From Eledone cirrhosa (Eukaryota), in NCBI GenBank assembly GCA_964016885.1, contig OZ024754.1, forward strand, positions 1,860,001 to 1,924,000: DNA of 64,000 bases. Direction: 5' to 3'. Below are positions 14,441 to 29,502 of the stretch, in pieces. Below the pieces are notes generated by a model. It was given only the letters and a program-made list of their open reading frames with translations. It did not search any database and was not told where the DNA came from. A program made the translations under genes and the position numbers. Each line of letters starts with the position of its first letter. Position 1 is the first letter of the stretch.

Positions 14441-15659
14441 TATATAGCATTTGATACAGAATACGACACCTCCAAACAAGAACTTTACTGGATGTACAGA
14501 CATTGTTTGTTTTTCGTTATTTAGTTAAATTTTTCTTAGGCTACTTTAAAACAACATGGCTTCCTATATTGACTGGAACTATCCTTGTGTCCATATTACA
14601 TATTCTCGCTATTTCAGTCTTTAGCTCTTTATATTAGTATAGTGTTTCAACCTTATTACATTAGATCAAATTACCATTCGGTTAAATATTACTCTTTCTT
14701 TCTGACACGACTCTCTTTTCCCCTAGTTGTATCATCTTCTACTTTATATTATCCTACTTTTTATATATTTAACGTTTCTCTATTCCTTTAATTTCCTTCT
14801 CTGATTATATTATATTATTAATTTATTTCTAAGTAACCCCATCCTTTTATTCAGTTTAAGGTAAGAGTCATTCATTAAATATCTCTTTTCTGCTCATCCT
14901 AAACTACTTTTAACCCTTTTATAGTTAGTGTGTCTAGCTGAAAGCACGCATTTGCGTGATACGTGATTATTCTATAAAAATTTCTTTAAGTCGATTTCCA
15001 AATTAGGAAATTGCTTTCAATCACTTTACAAATGAGATAAACGTCATGTATGACATTATAATTAAACCTCTATAACACACCCCTGAAAATTCAGAGAATG
15101 TAAATGTGTATTTTATTTCTAAAACTATAATACCACTAACAAATTTGAAGAAATTCCATGCCAGCATTTTAAACATTTGAATTAAAATCATAACCTTCAA
15201 ATGCATCTCCAGACACCTGATCTTATTTAGTTTTTAAGATTATTTCAAGCACTATTTCTAATGGGATTTCAACTATGAGTGAGAGTTTTTCTACGGTAGA
15301 GTCATTAATGTGTTTTATTAAAGATGAATTATTTAAACGAAAAAATTGTATGCCCAGGAAGATAAAGGAATTTGCTATAGTGAATTATAAAGTGAATTAG
15401 GAAGTAAAAAAGTTACAGATTAAAAGATTAGAAATGAAAAAAATTAGGGGACCGAAAAACGACATAGTATGAATAAAGCGATGCCTTTGTGTAGTTCAAA
15501 TTAATCCAATCTGGGTTCTATTTAAGACAAACATTTCCTATACTATGGTTGATATAATTGACTTTTCTCTTCAAATAAATGTGTAGCTACGATTCTATGT
15601 CACTACACAATATTTTAGGATAGATCAGGGTCTTGAACTCATTCTTAAATAGTATGTTT

Positions 15660-16720
15660 AGCATCATTAACAACAACATCGCTAACATCATCATCATCAC
15701 TAATAACAACATCACTAACAACATCACTGACATCAACATCACTGACATCAACACCACTAACAACAACACCACTAACAACATCAACACTAACAACAACACC
15801 ACTAACAACAACACCACTAACAACAACAACACTAACAACAGCACCACTAACAACAACACCACTAACAACAACACCACCACCAACAACATCACTAACACCA
15901 CTAACAACAACACCACTAACAACATCAACACTAACAACGTCACAAACAACACTAACAACAACACCACTAACGACATCATCACTAACAACATCAACAACAA
16001 CACTAACAACAACACCATTAACAACAACACCATTAACAACAACACCACTAACAACAACACCACTAACAACAACACCACTAACAACAACATCACTAACAAC
16101 ATCACTGACATCAACATCACTGACATCAACACCACTAACAACAACACCACTAACAACATCAACACTAACAACAACACCACTAACAACAACACCACCACTA
16201 ACAACAACAACACTAACAACAACACCACTAACAACAACAACACTAACAACAACACCATTAACAACAACACCACTAACAACAACACCACTAACAACAACAC
16301 CACCACCAACAACATCACTAACACCACTAACAACAACACCACTAACAACAACACCACTAACGACATCATCACTAACAACATCAACAACAACACTAACAAC
16401 AACACCATTAACAACATCATCACTAACAACAACAACACTAACAACAACACCACTAACAACAACACCACTAACAACAACACCACTAACAACAACACCACTA
16501 ACAACAACACCACTAACAACAACATCACTAACAACAACACCACTAACAACATCATCACTAACAACATCAACAACAACACTAACAACAACACCACTAACAA
16601 CATCATCACTAACAACGTCACTGACATCAAGAACAACACTAACATCATCATCTTTAACAACATCATACCTAGCAACAACAACATCATTAACAACACCACC
16701 ATCTTTGACAACATCATCAT
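15660..16720. repeat. (AAC/ACC/ACT/ATC) minisatellite with higher-order duplication of about 378 bp
   Basis: Unit aacaacaccact; the block atcactgacatcaacatcactgacatc recurs at about 15723 and 16101. Confidence 0.9.
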
Positions 16721-16796
16721 CAGAAATTGCTCATAATTTTCTAAATGTGTTTCGGTTTCATCCGAGCTTCAGTTCGTTGGATTATAATACACAGCA

Positions 16797-17015
16797 TTAT
16801 ACCTGTCTACCACCCCACTAGTCTACCATCCCACTATACCTGTCTATCACCCTACTATACCTGTCTACCACCCCACTAGTCTACCACCCCACTATACCTG
16901 TCTACCACCCCACTATACCTGTCTACCACCCTACTATACCTGTCTACCACCCCACTATACCCGTCTACCACCCTACTATACCTGTCTACCACCCCACTAG
17001 TCTCCCACCCCACAC
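16797..17015. repeat. 22-bp tandem repeat ctatacctgtctaccacccc(c/t)a
   Basis: About 10 units, some 15-bp variants. Confidence 0.9.
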
Positions 17016-18310
17016 AGCAACTGGTGTCTATTGAGAAACCATGTGGCAAATAATGGAGCGCTGATTAAAAGTATGTCTCGTTTAACTTTACTGTAAACAA
17101 TTCCATTGATTCCCATATCATAGTTTCGTGTCCTTACACAGAAACTTAAAGGCCACTGCATATTTACAATTGTATTCAATTAGCCTGACTCTTTCGTAAC
17201 AATTCTTTTACCCGTCTCTCTCTCTCTCTATCTATCTCTCTCTTATACATATGTATGTATGTACGTACGTGTGTATATATATATATATATATATATGCGT
17301 GAGTGTGTGTGTGTGTGTGATTGTGTTTATTTATGTCTGTTTGTCTCTGTGCCTGTGAACCTATCTATTTATCTATCTTCTTTATCTACATCTTCTGTCG
17401 TACCTCACTCTACTTTTCTTCCACAGAAGAAGGAAAGAGGTATCAAACATAGAAGAAGGTTAATGTTTTCGAGGCTTTACGAACGAAAGTTAAGCACAAG
17501 ATTAAATATATGTCAAAACCAAGTATTTCATTGGTGTTAATGCCTTGAAGGTGCAGATACATTTGAAGAAAGTACTAGACTTCATCGGCCATATTGCAAT
17601 GTGAAGACATCATCCCGATCTTATAGTTTGGTGTGATATGGCAAGGAAATATTCACCATCATATTAACTATTGCACGTACGTCGGGGAGCATTGTCCTAT
17701 ATTGTCCAGGTATACATCAGTTGTAGAGATAGTGCTGGGCCGTGAAACTCCCTTAAGACTTCTAATACCATAAGCCAATGGAATCGTGGAAAAACATGTC
17801 TATGTATTGTATAGTAGAGATAGGAGATAGAATTTAGAAGATAGGGTGTTTCAAAAATTTGTTTGAAAGCAGCAAGAAGTTCGCTTCCCAATCATTACAT
17901 TTCGTGGTTTATTTCACCATTAGGATGTATCTTAGTCAAGTGTCGGCTGATACTTTCAATGAAATCTGGTAGACGGAAACTGTTTGGAAGCCCGTGGGAT
18001 GGAATATATCTATAACTTGATGGACTGGCGTTAAGCCTCAAGTGTCTGTGGAATGCTCAGTCATTCACAAATTAATTTCATGAACAGCAGAATATCCCGT
18101 TGTTTATACAACTGATACGATCATCGTCGAAACCAATGGAGGTCCATGGATAGATTTGTGTCACATTGATATAAATATAGAACATAGAGAGAACTATAGA
18201 GACAGGAAAGTTAGAAGAGAGGAACAGTGAGAGGGAAAGAAATTTGGTAAGATTGGAACGGAGAGGAAAAGATGAATGAGAAAAGAAAGGGAGAACAAAG
18301 TTTATAATAA

Positions 18311-18398
18311 TAATTGTTTCTACTTTTAGCACAAGGCCAGCAATTACCCAGTGTATTACTGGTACTTTATTTTATTGACCCCGTAAGGATGAAAGACA
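18311..18398 (-). mobile_element. SINE A 3' fragment
   Basis: aattgtttctacttttagcacaaggccagc..gtaaggatgaaag. Confidence 0.85.
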
Positions 18399-18444
18399 AA
18401 ATAATAATAATCAAAAGGGAAGAATATAGAAAGGTTGTTAGGAT

Positions 18445-18491
<47 letters not shown>

Positions 18492-18656
18492 GAAAGAGTG
18501 AGAGAGGGAGAGAAAAAGAGAAAGAGAGAGAGAGATTAAAAAGCTAACGGAAGAGAAATTGGTTTAAACATTACGTAAACAATTCGTTCGAATTTCAGAG
18601 AAAAATAAATCTTACACATTTTTCTCCTTTCTCTCTCACTGTCTCTCTCTCTCACA

Positions 18657-18731
<75 letters not shown>

Positions 18732-18934
18732 AAGAAAGAGGGGGATAGAGAAAGGAGAACGAAAGATGGAGACAGAGAGAGAGTGAGAGATACTTGCATA
18801 CACTCACTCAAACACACGCACACACAACTGACGGAGACACACACACACACACACACACACTTCTATACATCTGTCGCGTAATCCAAATATCAGTGCATTA
18901 CTTATAGATCTTAATAAGACATCATGTAATTGGC

Positions 18935-19395
18935 AGCAGCATCAGCAGCATCAGCAGCAGAAGCCACTATCACCACCACTACTACCATCAGAACCACCAA
19001 CCCTACACCATTACCAACACCACAATCACCACAGCAATCCCACCACTTCCACACCACCACCAACATCACCACCACCACCACCACCACTGCAATCCCACCA
19101 CCACCACCACTATCACACCGCCACCAACACCACCACTATCACCACCACAACCACCACCACCACTATCACACCGCCACCAACACCACTACTACCATCAGAA
19201 CCACCAACCCTACACCATTACCAACACCACAATCACCACAGCAATCCCACCACCACCACCACCAACACCACCACTATCACACCGCCACCACCACCACCAC
19301 CACCACCACTGCAATCACCGCCACCACTATCACACCGCCACCAACACCACCACTATCACCACCACTATCACCACCACAACCACCACCACCACCTT
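18935..19395. repeat. (ACC)-rich repeat with a duplicated block 207 bp apart
   Basis: caccactactaccatcagaacc... at 18974 and 19181. Confidence 0.9.
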
Positions 19396-19729
19396 AGGTT
19401 GGTGACTGCGAGAACACAACCCGACTAGCCTGGGAGTTAAACACCAACAACAACAACACCAACAACAGCTTTAACAAGACACCCATCACCATAACAACAA
19501 CAACCACGACAGTTGTTACAACCACAACACGAGAATACAGTGGAGGAGCACTTGATCTGCTAGAAATAACAGCTACACTTCTATTTAATTCTCCAACAAA
19601 TTGTGGTAAACAGGATTACATTGGATGAGACAATACATATGGTACTCCGAAGTATACAGACATGATGGTCATTATTGGAGTGGGTCACACCATTGATCTG
19701 TTGAATGAGGATTAACGCCTAGGGCTAAA

Positions 19730-21060
19730 TAACAACAACAATAAGAACAACTTGAGTGAATAACAGAGGCATCAACGATAGTAACAACAACAACAGTAGT
19801 AACAGCAACAGCAGTAGTAGTAACAACAACAACAACAGCAACATCAACAGCACCAACAACAACAACAGCAGTAGTAACAACAACAGCAGTAGTAGTAACA
19901 ACAACAACAACAGCAACATCAACAGCACCAACAACAACAACAGCAATAGTAACAACAACAACAACAACAACAGCAATAATAACAACAACAACAACAACAA
20001 CAGCAATAGTAACAACAACAACAGCAACAACAGCAGCAGCAAAAATTACAACTGCAACAGCAGCAACAACAGCAACAATAACATCATTAACACCAACAAC
20101 AGCAGCAGCAACAACAGCAACAATAACACCACCAACAACAACAGCAGCAGCAGCAGCAGCAGCAACAACAACAACAACAACAGCAGAAGGAAGAATCTTA
20201 GCAACATGAACAGCTGTGGAAATGAAAACAGCAACAATAGTATCAGTAACAGCAGCAGCAGCAATAACGGCAGCAGGAATAACGGCAGCAGTAACAGCAG
20301 CAGCAGCAATAACGGCAGCAGTAACAGTAGCAGCAGCAATAACGGCAGCAGTAACAGTAACAATAGTATCAGTAACAACAGCAGCAACAGCAGCAGCAAT
20401 ACAGTGCAATAACAAGAGTAGAGCGAATCGCTACAACAACAACAGCTACAACAACAGCAACAACAACAATCACAATAGGAAGGGAAATAACCACCAGAGC
20501 CAATAACAACAGCAAAAGCATTATAAAACACCAACAGCAGCATCATCAGCAACAGTACCAACAACAACAATAGTTCCAGCGGGTGTAAAGAGCGGGTGTA
20601 CCGAGGACAACAGCAGCGTCAGTAACATCAACAGCAGCAACAATAAACAATACAGTAACAGCGACATTAACATCAACAACAATAAACAATACAGTAACAG
20701 CGACATTAACATCAACAGCAGCAACAATAATATATACAGCAACACTGACAGTAACCTCAACAGCAGCAAGAACATTATAACACCCCAGCAACACAACAGA
20801 CAACATCAGCAACACAACAGACAACAGCAGCAACAATAACAGCTGGGTCAGTATAACAACAGCAGCAGCAAAGGTAATAAATATAGCAACAACGACAGTA
20901 ACACCAACAACAGCAGCAACAATAATAAATATAGCAAAAGCGATAGTAACCTCAACAGCAGCAAATACAATAATAAATACAGCAACAGTGATAGTAACCT
21001 CAACAGCAGCAAGAACATTATAACACCTCAGCAACACAGCTGACAATACAGCTAGCACCT
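19730..21060. repeat. (AAC)/(AGC) degenerate trinucleotide region
   Basis: Directly visible. Confidence 0.92.
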
Positions 21061-21390
21061 AAAGCATTATCAGTCGTAAAAACCAAAGAATCACAGACCA
21101 GTAACGAATTATGCTAAAAATAGCAGCCACATCTCAAACTTCCAACACACTACTGTTTTAATAACGAGGACACATAGGCTGATATAAACCAATAGTAAAT
21201 ATAAACCCCAGGATATAAAAGGCTGGGGTGCCCTTGATAGTTGAGCTGTTTGACAAGGTGGACTTAGGAAGAAGGTGGTTAAAATATAACAACCTCAGCA
21301 AAACGTACAAACATCTTTACAAGCCTTTACCGAAATTCACATGAACAGAATATCAATATAAATATATATACATATACATATATATATGTA

Positions 21391-21427
<37 letters not shown>

Positions 21428-21485
21428 GTATATATAACATATGTTGATTTAACACTTCGCTTTTAAGCTTCATATCATGTCTCCC

Positions 21486-21553
21486 TATTTTATCTGATGA
21501 GAACGCAAATATCATCCCATAATATTTGTTTTTGAAATGCGCATAATAAAATA
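21486..21553 (+). ncRNA. Type I hammerhead ribozyme with palindromic stem III and intact core
   Basis: Stem I tattttat(21486-93)/ataaaata(21546-53), 8/8 paired; CTGATGA 21494-21500; stem II GAACGCAAATAT/ATATTTGTTTTT, 11/12 paired; GAAA 21534-37; palindrome A-TGCGCA-T; predicted cleavage after A21545. Confidence 0.8.
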
Positions 21554-21588
21554 CATGGAACTCTTTTAACCATCTTTTGATTTTATAT

Positions 21589-21746
<158 letters not shown>

Positions 21747-22044
21747 ATGGATAGATTAAATAGATAGATAGATAGATAGAGAGAGGGGGGGGAGAAAGTG
21801 AAAGAGAGAGGGGGAGAGAAAGTGAAAGAGAGAGAGAAGTGGAATTATAAGTAACAATGAAAGAAAATGAGACATTGAACCCCAAAAGGTTATATATAAA
21901 AGAAGGATAAATTGAAGGCGGGAAAGTTGAATAGAGTTGAAAATGGCGGAGGTAAATGGCGGTTGTTTTGTAGAGGAACTGTGGAGATGAAGAAGTTGAA
22001 GGAAGTAAATATAATGAAGGAGAAAATTAGGAAGGAAGAGATGA

Positions 22045-22485
22045 TGATAAAAAAAGAAAGAACCAAAGTCGTCAAGATAAAAAGACAGAAAGAACCAAAG
22101 TATTCAAGAACGAAAGAGAAGAAGATATAAAGAACGAAAGAAAGAAATAATCAAAGTCTTCAAGAAAGAAAGAGAAGATAAAAGAAAGAAAGAACCAAAG
22201 TCTTCAAGAAAGAAAGAGAAGATAAAAAGAGAGAAAGAACCAAAGTATTCAAGAACGAAAGAAAAGAAGATATAAAGAAAGAAAGAACCAAAATCTTCAA
22301 GAAAGAAAGAGAAGATAAAAGAAAGAAAGAACCAAAGTCTTCAAGAAAGAAAGAGAAGAAGATATAAAGAAAGAATCAAAGTCTTCAAGAAAGAAAGAGA
22401 AGATATAAAGAAAGAATCAAAGTCTTCAAGAAAGAAAGAGAAGAAGATATAAAGAAAGAATCAAAGTCTTCAAGAAAGAAAGAAA
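22045..22485. repeat. Purine-rich minisatellite, unit about 36-41 bp
   Basis: aaagaaagaa(c/t)caaagtcttcaagaaagaaagagaagata, about 11 units. Confidence 0.9.
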
Positions 22486-22593
22486 TGAAAGAGAGAAATA
22501 TATAAAAGAAGAAAACATGAAATTATATGAACAAGAAAAGCGAAGAAAAGATGAAGGAAAAGCGAAATGGAAAGAAGGAAATAAAGAAAGATT

Positions 22594-22925
22594 TGTCGTG
22601 AGATATATATAGAGGGTGGAGGTGGTGGTGGTGGGTAGGTGGTGGGGTGTCGTGAGATATATGTAGAAGATGGAGGTGATGGTGGGGGTCTCGTGAGATA
22701 TATGTAGAGGGTGGAGGTGGTGATGGTGGGGAGGTGGTGGGGTGTCGTGAGATATATGTAGAGGGTGGAGGTGATGGTGGTGGGGTGTCGTGAGATATAT
22801 GTAGAGGGTGGAGGTGGTGGTGGGGTGTCGTGAGATATATGTAGAGGGTGGAGGTGATGGGGTGGGGTGTCGTGAGATATATGTAGAGGGTGGAGGTGAT
22901 GGTGGTGGGGTGTCGTGCGATATAT
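22594..22925. repeat. G-rich minisatellite, unit about 40-54 bp
   Basis: tgtcgtgagatatatgtagagggtggaggtg(a/g)tggtggtgggg, 7-8 units. Confidence 0.9.
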
Positions 22926-22965
22926 TCATTTTAAAGACAGACAAATAAAAACAATATCAGATAAA

Positions 22966-23025
<60 letters not shown>

Positions 23026-23533
23026 TATATATATATATATGTATATAGGTAGGTAGATAGGGGTGCAGTTATGCATGTTTACACGCACATATATAAACAT
23101 TTATTTGTGTACACACACATGTATATACACACATGCACACACACATATATATATTTATGTGTGTGTGTGGCTAGGTGGGTGTGTATGTATGTGTATGTAT
23201 GTGTGTGTTCGTTGATATACACATACAAAACAACAAAACAAGGAAATGAGTGAAGAAGAAACGGACAATAATATGGCAGAAACGAAAGGAGAAAAACAAA
23301 TGGTGGTGATGACGATGGTGGTGGTGGTGTTGGTGATGGTGGTGATGGTGAAGGTGATGGTGAAGGTGGTGGTGATGATGGTGTTGTAGATGGTGGCTGT
23401 TGGTGGTAGTGGCCCTGGTGGCGGTTTGCGGTGGGGTTGAAATAAATTTAAAAGAGGATGTATGATAGAGAAATTGAAATACAGAAAGGAATAAAAGAGA
23501 GAAAGAACGAGAGAGAGAGAGAAAGAACGAGAG

Positions 23534-23616
<83 letters not shown>

Positions 23617-23685
23617 CGATAGATAGATATAGAGAAAGATAGAGAAAGAGAGAGAGAGAGAAAGAGATAAATATATATATATAGC

Positions 23686-23743
<58 letters not shown>

Positions 23744-24435
23744 TTGAGTGGAAGTGGAAGTAGATGAGAAGGAATGGCTGACAATGGTAGGAACTCAATC
23801 ATTACTATTAATGGCGAAGAATTACACGCTATTATCCAATTTACATTCTCCAACTGACAGATTGGCAAAATCAATTTCACGCCATTAACACATAATCTAA
23901 TAAAAGCAAGAAATTTTCAATCGAATACTCATACTACTACTAACAATAATGACAACAACAACAACGACGACAACAACAGTAACAGCAATAATAATGTTAA
24001 TAACAGCAACAACAGCAACAACAACGACAACCATGATAATAATGTTAATAGCGACAGAAGTAACAATATTAAAAATAACAAAATGAAATTTTTAATATAA
24101 CAGGAAGCATAAAATATAATTTTTTTTTCTTTCCTATTGATTTTGTGGTGGCGGTTGTTGTTGTCGTTGTTGTTGTCGTTGTTATCGTTGCTGTTGTCGT
24201 TGTTATTGTTGTCATTGCTATTGTTGTACTTGTTATTGTTGTTGTTATTGTTGTTATTGTAGTTGTTTTTTATATTTTGTTTATATATTATTTTGTTTAT
24301 ATATTATTTTGTTTATGTTTTATTTTGATTAGTTTGTGGTAGATTTTCATGTTTTTCTTGACAATGACTGTCACGTTGTTTTTTTGTCATTTATTTTGTC
24401 GCAATATCTAGCTTGACATTATTGTTGTTGTTGAT

Positions 24436-24483
<48 letters not shown>

Positions 24484-24848
24484 ACTGTTATTATAATCAT
24501 TTTCCTGATCATCATGACCAGTATGCTCTGTCAATATAATATCATTCTTTTTTGTTTGTATTGCTTTATCTTTTTTTCAATAAACATTATGTTGTCACTG
24601 CCATTCTCTTGATCGATTTTCAATCGAATACCACTGGTTGGTCATGCTATATTATTGTACGTGACATCTAAGCTATGATAGTAAAACTGTTCGGCTTTTC
24701 AAGTGGCATGACACGGAACCCTGTTGTCATAATGTCGCAACGATGGGAATCACTCTCCCCCCCGGGTGTTAAACTATTTCACAGGGGTTTGTCCATGAAG
24801 TGCGACTTAATAAAGAAGATGTGATGTAGTTTTAATGTTAGATAAAAC

Positions 24849-25010
24849 CTGAGAGTGAGAGGCTGAGGGTAAGGGTGAGGGAGAGTGAGAGGCTGAGGGT
24901 AAGGGTGAGGGAGAGTGAGAGGGTGAGGGAGAGTGAGAGGGTGAGGGTAAGGGTGAGGGAGAGTGAGAGGGTAAGGGAGAGTGAGAGTGAGAGGGTGAGT
25001 GAGAGGGAGA
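24849..25010. repeat. TGAGGG/TAAGGG/GAGAGT hexamer-variant repeat
   Basis: Directly visible. Confidence 0.85.
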
Positions 25011-25324
25011 AGTGGTGAAAAGGTAGTAGTGAGAAAGAGGGAGATGATTTGAGAAGAAAGAAAGAGAGAGAAGGAGATGAGAGAAAGAAACAAGAAAGAT
25101 AGAGAGTGCAGAGAGTGTGAAACGAATGAGAGAAAAAACAAAGAGAAGAGAGAGTAAAAATGAGGTGAGAAGAAAGATAAATATATAAAGATGAGGGAGA
25201 AAGAAGGAGATAGATAGATAGATAGATAGAGAGAGGGGGAGAGATAGAGATAGAGAGAGAGAGAGAAGCAGAAATATAGAATGTTCAAAGGAGAGAGAGT
25301 GAGAGACAGAAAGATACAGTGTTT

Positions 25325-25390
<66 letters not shown>

Positions 25391-25834
25391 AAGAGAGAGA
25401 GAGGGAGAAAGATAAAGAGATAGCTAGACAGGTAGATAATTAATATATAACCGCAGGTGAGATTTGATAAAGACTTGTGATGAATGACATCCAACCGTGA
25501 CAACCCTGACATTATTTTCATACACTCTATATCAATGTCTCCATTATTACATGTCTATTTCTCTTTTCAATATACTGTAAAATATGAAAAAACAAATGTA
25601 GCTGCTATTTCTTGTAATCGGAGCGGTTCGCAAGAGCTAACAATTCAGATATATAAATATACGATCGCATTCTCTATGGAATTCTATCAATTTTCTATGA
25701 CAAATTAATTGATCAAAGCTTTCGATCTGTATTTACTATTTGTTCGGGCTTGACAGTTAATCATTAACCCGAAACGTTTATATGTCTGTGAAACATTTGT
25801 GATCATACATAACAGAATATTGCTTGCAAATGGT

Positions 25835-25940
25835 GGAAGTGTGACCTCGTAGTTATGGTAGGTCACACAAAGGTTATGAGTTCGACTCCCGGAGGTGAGT
25901 TGTGTTGTTGAGAAATACACTTTATATTACTTTCCTCCAG
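25835..25940 (+). mobile_element. Degenerate tRNA-derived SINE (family B)
   Basis: ggttatgagttcgactcc box B plus gagaaatacactttatatt, similar to 42519-42635. Confidence 0.5.
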
Positions 25941-25965
25941 GAAATTCAGCTGGTAAAAACGTTGG

Positions 25966-26150
25966 AGGGCGGTGGATTGGCAGTATCGGTAGAGGGTCGG
26001 AGGCTATGCTTTGACGTATAGAGTTACAGCCCTTGCCATTCTGAGTTCGAATCCCGCCGAGGTTAACTTTGCTTTTCATCCTTACGGGGTCGATAAAATA
26101 GAGTACCAGTAATGTACTGAGTAATTGCTGGCAAAAAATTAGAAACAATT
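25966..26150 (+). mobile_element. SINE A
   Basis: Boxes A and B plus central domain. Confidence 0.9.
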
Positions 26151-26155
26151 ATTAA

Positions 26156-26335
26156 TGGCAGTATCGGTAGGGAGGGTTGGACGCCATGCTTTCTAGCATA
26201 GTTACGTCCCTTTACGGTCTGAGTTCAAATCCCGTCGAGGTTAAATTTGCATTTCATCCTTACAGGCTCGATGAAATAAAGTACCAGTAATGTACTGGTT
26301 AATTGCTGGCCTTGTGCCAAAAATAGAAACACTTA
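26156..26335 (+). mobile_element. SINE A, in tandem with the previous copy
   Basis: Boxes A and B, central domain, tail. Confidence 0.9.
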
Positions 26336-26344
26336 TTAATCTCT

Positions 26345-27200
26345 TGTGACGCTAAACTCTTCCAGTTGCAGACTGCGCATCAACATATGATATCTCTCTC
26401 TCTCCACAAAGTTCGATCACCACCAGCAGAGATCAAGTCCAGTCCATAATTTGACATTATCAAGCCATCGTTTTGGTTGCCGGCCTCTGCTTCTCTTACC
26501 AGCCAACCTTCCTTCCAGGCATATATAATACCTTTCGATCACCAACAGCAGAGTTTAAAGAGCAATGATCAAGTCCAGTCCATAATTTGACATTATCAAG
26601 CCATCGTTTTGGCTGCCGGCCTCTGCTTCTCTTACCAGCCAACCTTCCTTCCAGGAATATATAATACCTTTAGATCATCAACAGCAGAGTTTAAAGAGCA
26701 AAGATCAAGTCCAGTCCATAATTTGACATTGTCAAGCCATCGTTTTGGCTGCCGGCCTCTTTTTCTCCTACCAGCCAACCTTCCTTCCAGGAATATATAA
26801 TACCTTTCGATCACCACCAGCAGAGTTTAAAGAGCAAAGATCAAGTCCAGTCCATAAGTTAACATTATCAAGCCATCGTTTTGGCTGCCGGCTTCTGCTT
26901 CTCTTTCCAGCAAACCTTCTTTCCAGGCATAACCTGCTCACACCACGAGTTGATCTTTTTATATGACTGTATAGTTTGAGTACTCTTGACTTGACACTTG
27001 ATGTAACTGGTAATGTTGAGCAGCTCACTGATACAGATACGGTCGCTGAGCCGCTTACCAGTCGTATACAAAGTGCCAATTTAATTCAAAGTCCTTTGTC
27101 AACGTTCCGGCATGCTGAATCTCCCTGAGCATTATATGAAGGATACGCAAGTCTGACGTATGTCAAGCCACTTACACTGCAATTTCACGACTACATTGCT
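26345..27200 (-). mobile_element. Degenerate 3' fragment of an RTE-clade LINE ORF
   Basis: Minus-strand LKLYSHIKR..CLERRFAGKRSRSRQPKRWLDNVNLWTG matches the typical RTE C-terminus (G-K/R-R-x-R-G-R-x-x-x-R-W-x-D); stops and frameshifts upstream. Confidence 0.8.
26412..26930. repeat. 136-bp tandem array (about 4 units) derived from the RTE ORF end
   Basis: Unit starts at 26412 (14-bp deletion), 26534, 26670, 26806. Confidence 0.92.
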
Positions 27201-27289
27201 CAATGAAATGGTTGCAAAGAGTATATTAAAGGACTATATATGTTGTAGAGTTTAACTAGATTCAACTGTATATGATGGGTGAATATAGA

Positions 27290-27321
<32 letters not shown>

Positions 27322-27322
27322 C

Positions 27323-27400
27323 TACCCACTCTACTACCCTAAGTATTGAGTACTTTGGTGCGGTATGGTCCACCTGGTTCCTTACCACATTTCCTTCGTT
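27323..27400 (+). mobile_element. Family X copy 2 (5'-truncated, ends in (AT)n)
   Basis: Near-identical to 31874-31951. Confidence 0.85.
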
Positions 27401-28951
<1,551 letters not shown>

Positions 28952-29427
28952 TATGTAAATATATATATATATAAATATGTATATATAAGCTATATAAATT
29001 GTATACATATTAGATAATACATCGAAGAATAATTCGACAAGAATAAATCCCTTTTCTGTACATAACAGGCTTCATTATGTGAGCATGAACAAATTTATTA
29101 ATTATATTTTCTAATCGTCATCATCATCATCATCGTCTTTTTTCTTCACATTTTCATCTCATCTTAACCATCAACGTCATCATCATCATCATCATCATCA
29201 TCGTCATCGTTATCGCCATTATTAATACAATTAGCTCCATTGTATTTAAATTTAATTATAAAATTTTTCATTCCTTAAATTACTGTATATATATTTAAAT
29301 ATTTGCGTCGCGCGCGTCTGTATGTACACAGACACACATACATATATATACACATACGTATATATATATATATATACAGGTGTGTATATATAATTATATA
29401 TATATATGAATGATATGTATATATTTA

Positions 29428-29502
<75 letters not shown>

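Noticed and set aside
14935-14975. ctgaaag-cacgc-attt-gcgtg-atacg hairpin
   Set aside because: Both core boxes deviate from the hammerhead consensus.
15587-16736. 367-aa Asn/Thr and 377-aa Leu/Val ORFs
   Set aside because: In-frame trinucleotide minisatellite; no domain or splice support.
17427-17540. Possible exon after tacttttcttccacag
   Set aside because: Short frames with no recognisable protein; acceptor-like sequence is expected by chance next to pyrimidine tracts.
19672-21058. Poly-N/S, poly-L and A/V ORFs
   Set aside because: Open in several frames on both strands because of AAC/AGC repeats.
22045-22925. Repeat arrays superficially resembling CRISPR
   Set aside because: No unique spacers, no cas genes, eukaryotic context. 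The same holds for 48455-48940 and 26412-26930.
24849-25010. Interstitial telomere
   Set aside because: No TTAGGG units; only TGAGGG/TAAGGG variants within a GA-rich tract.
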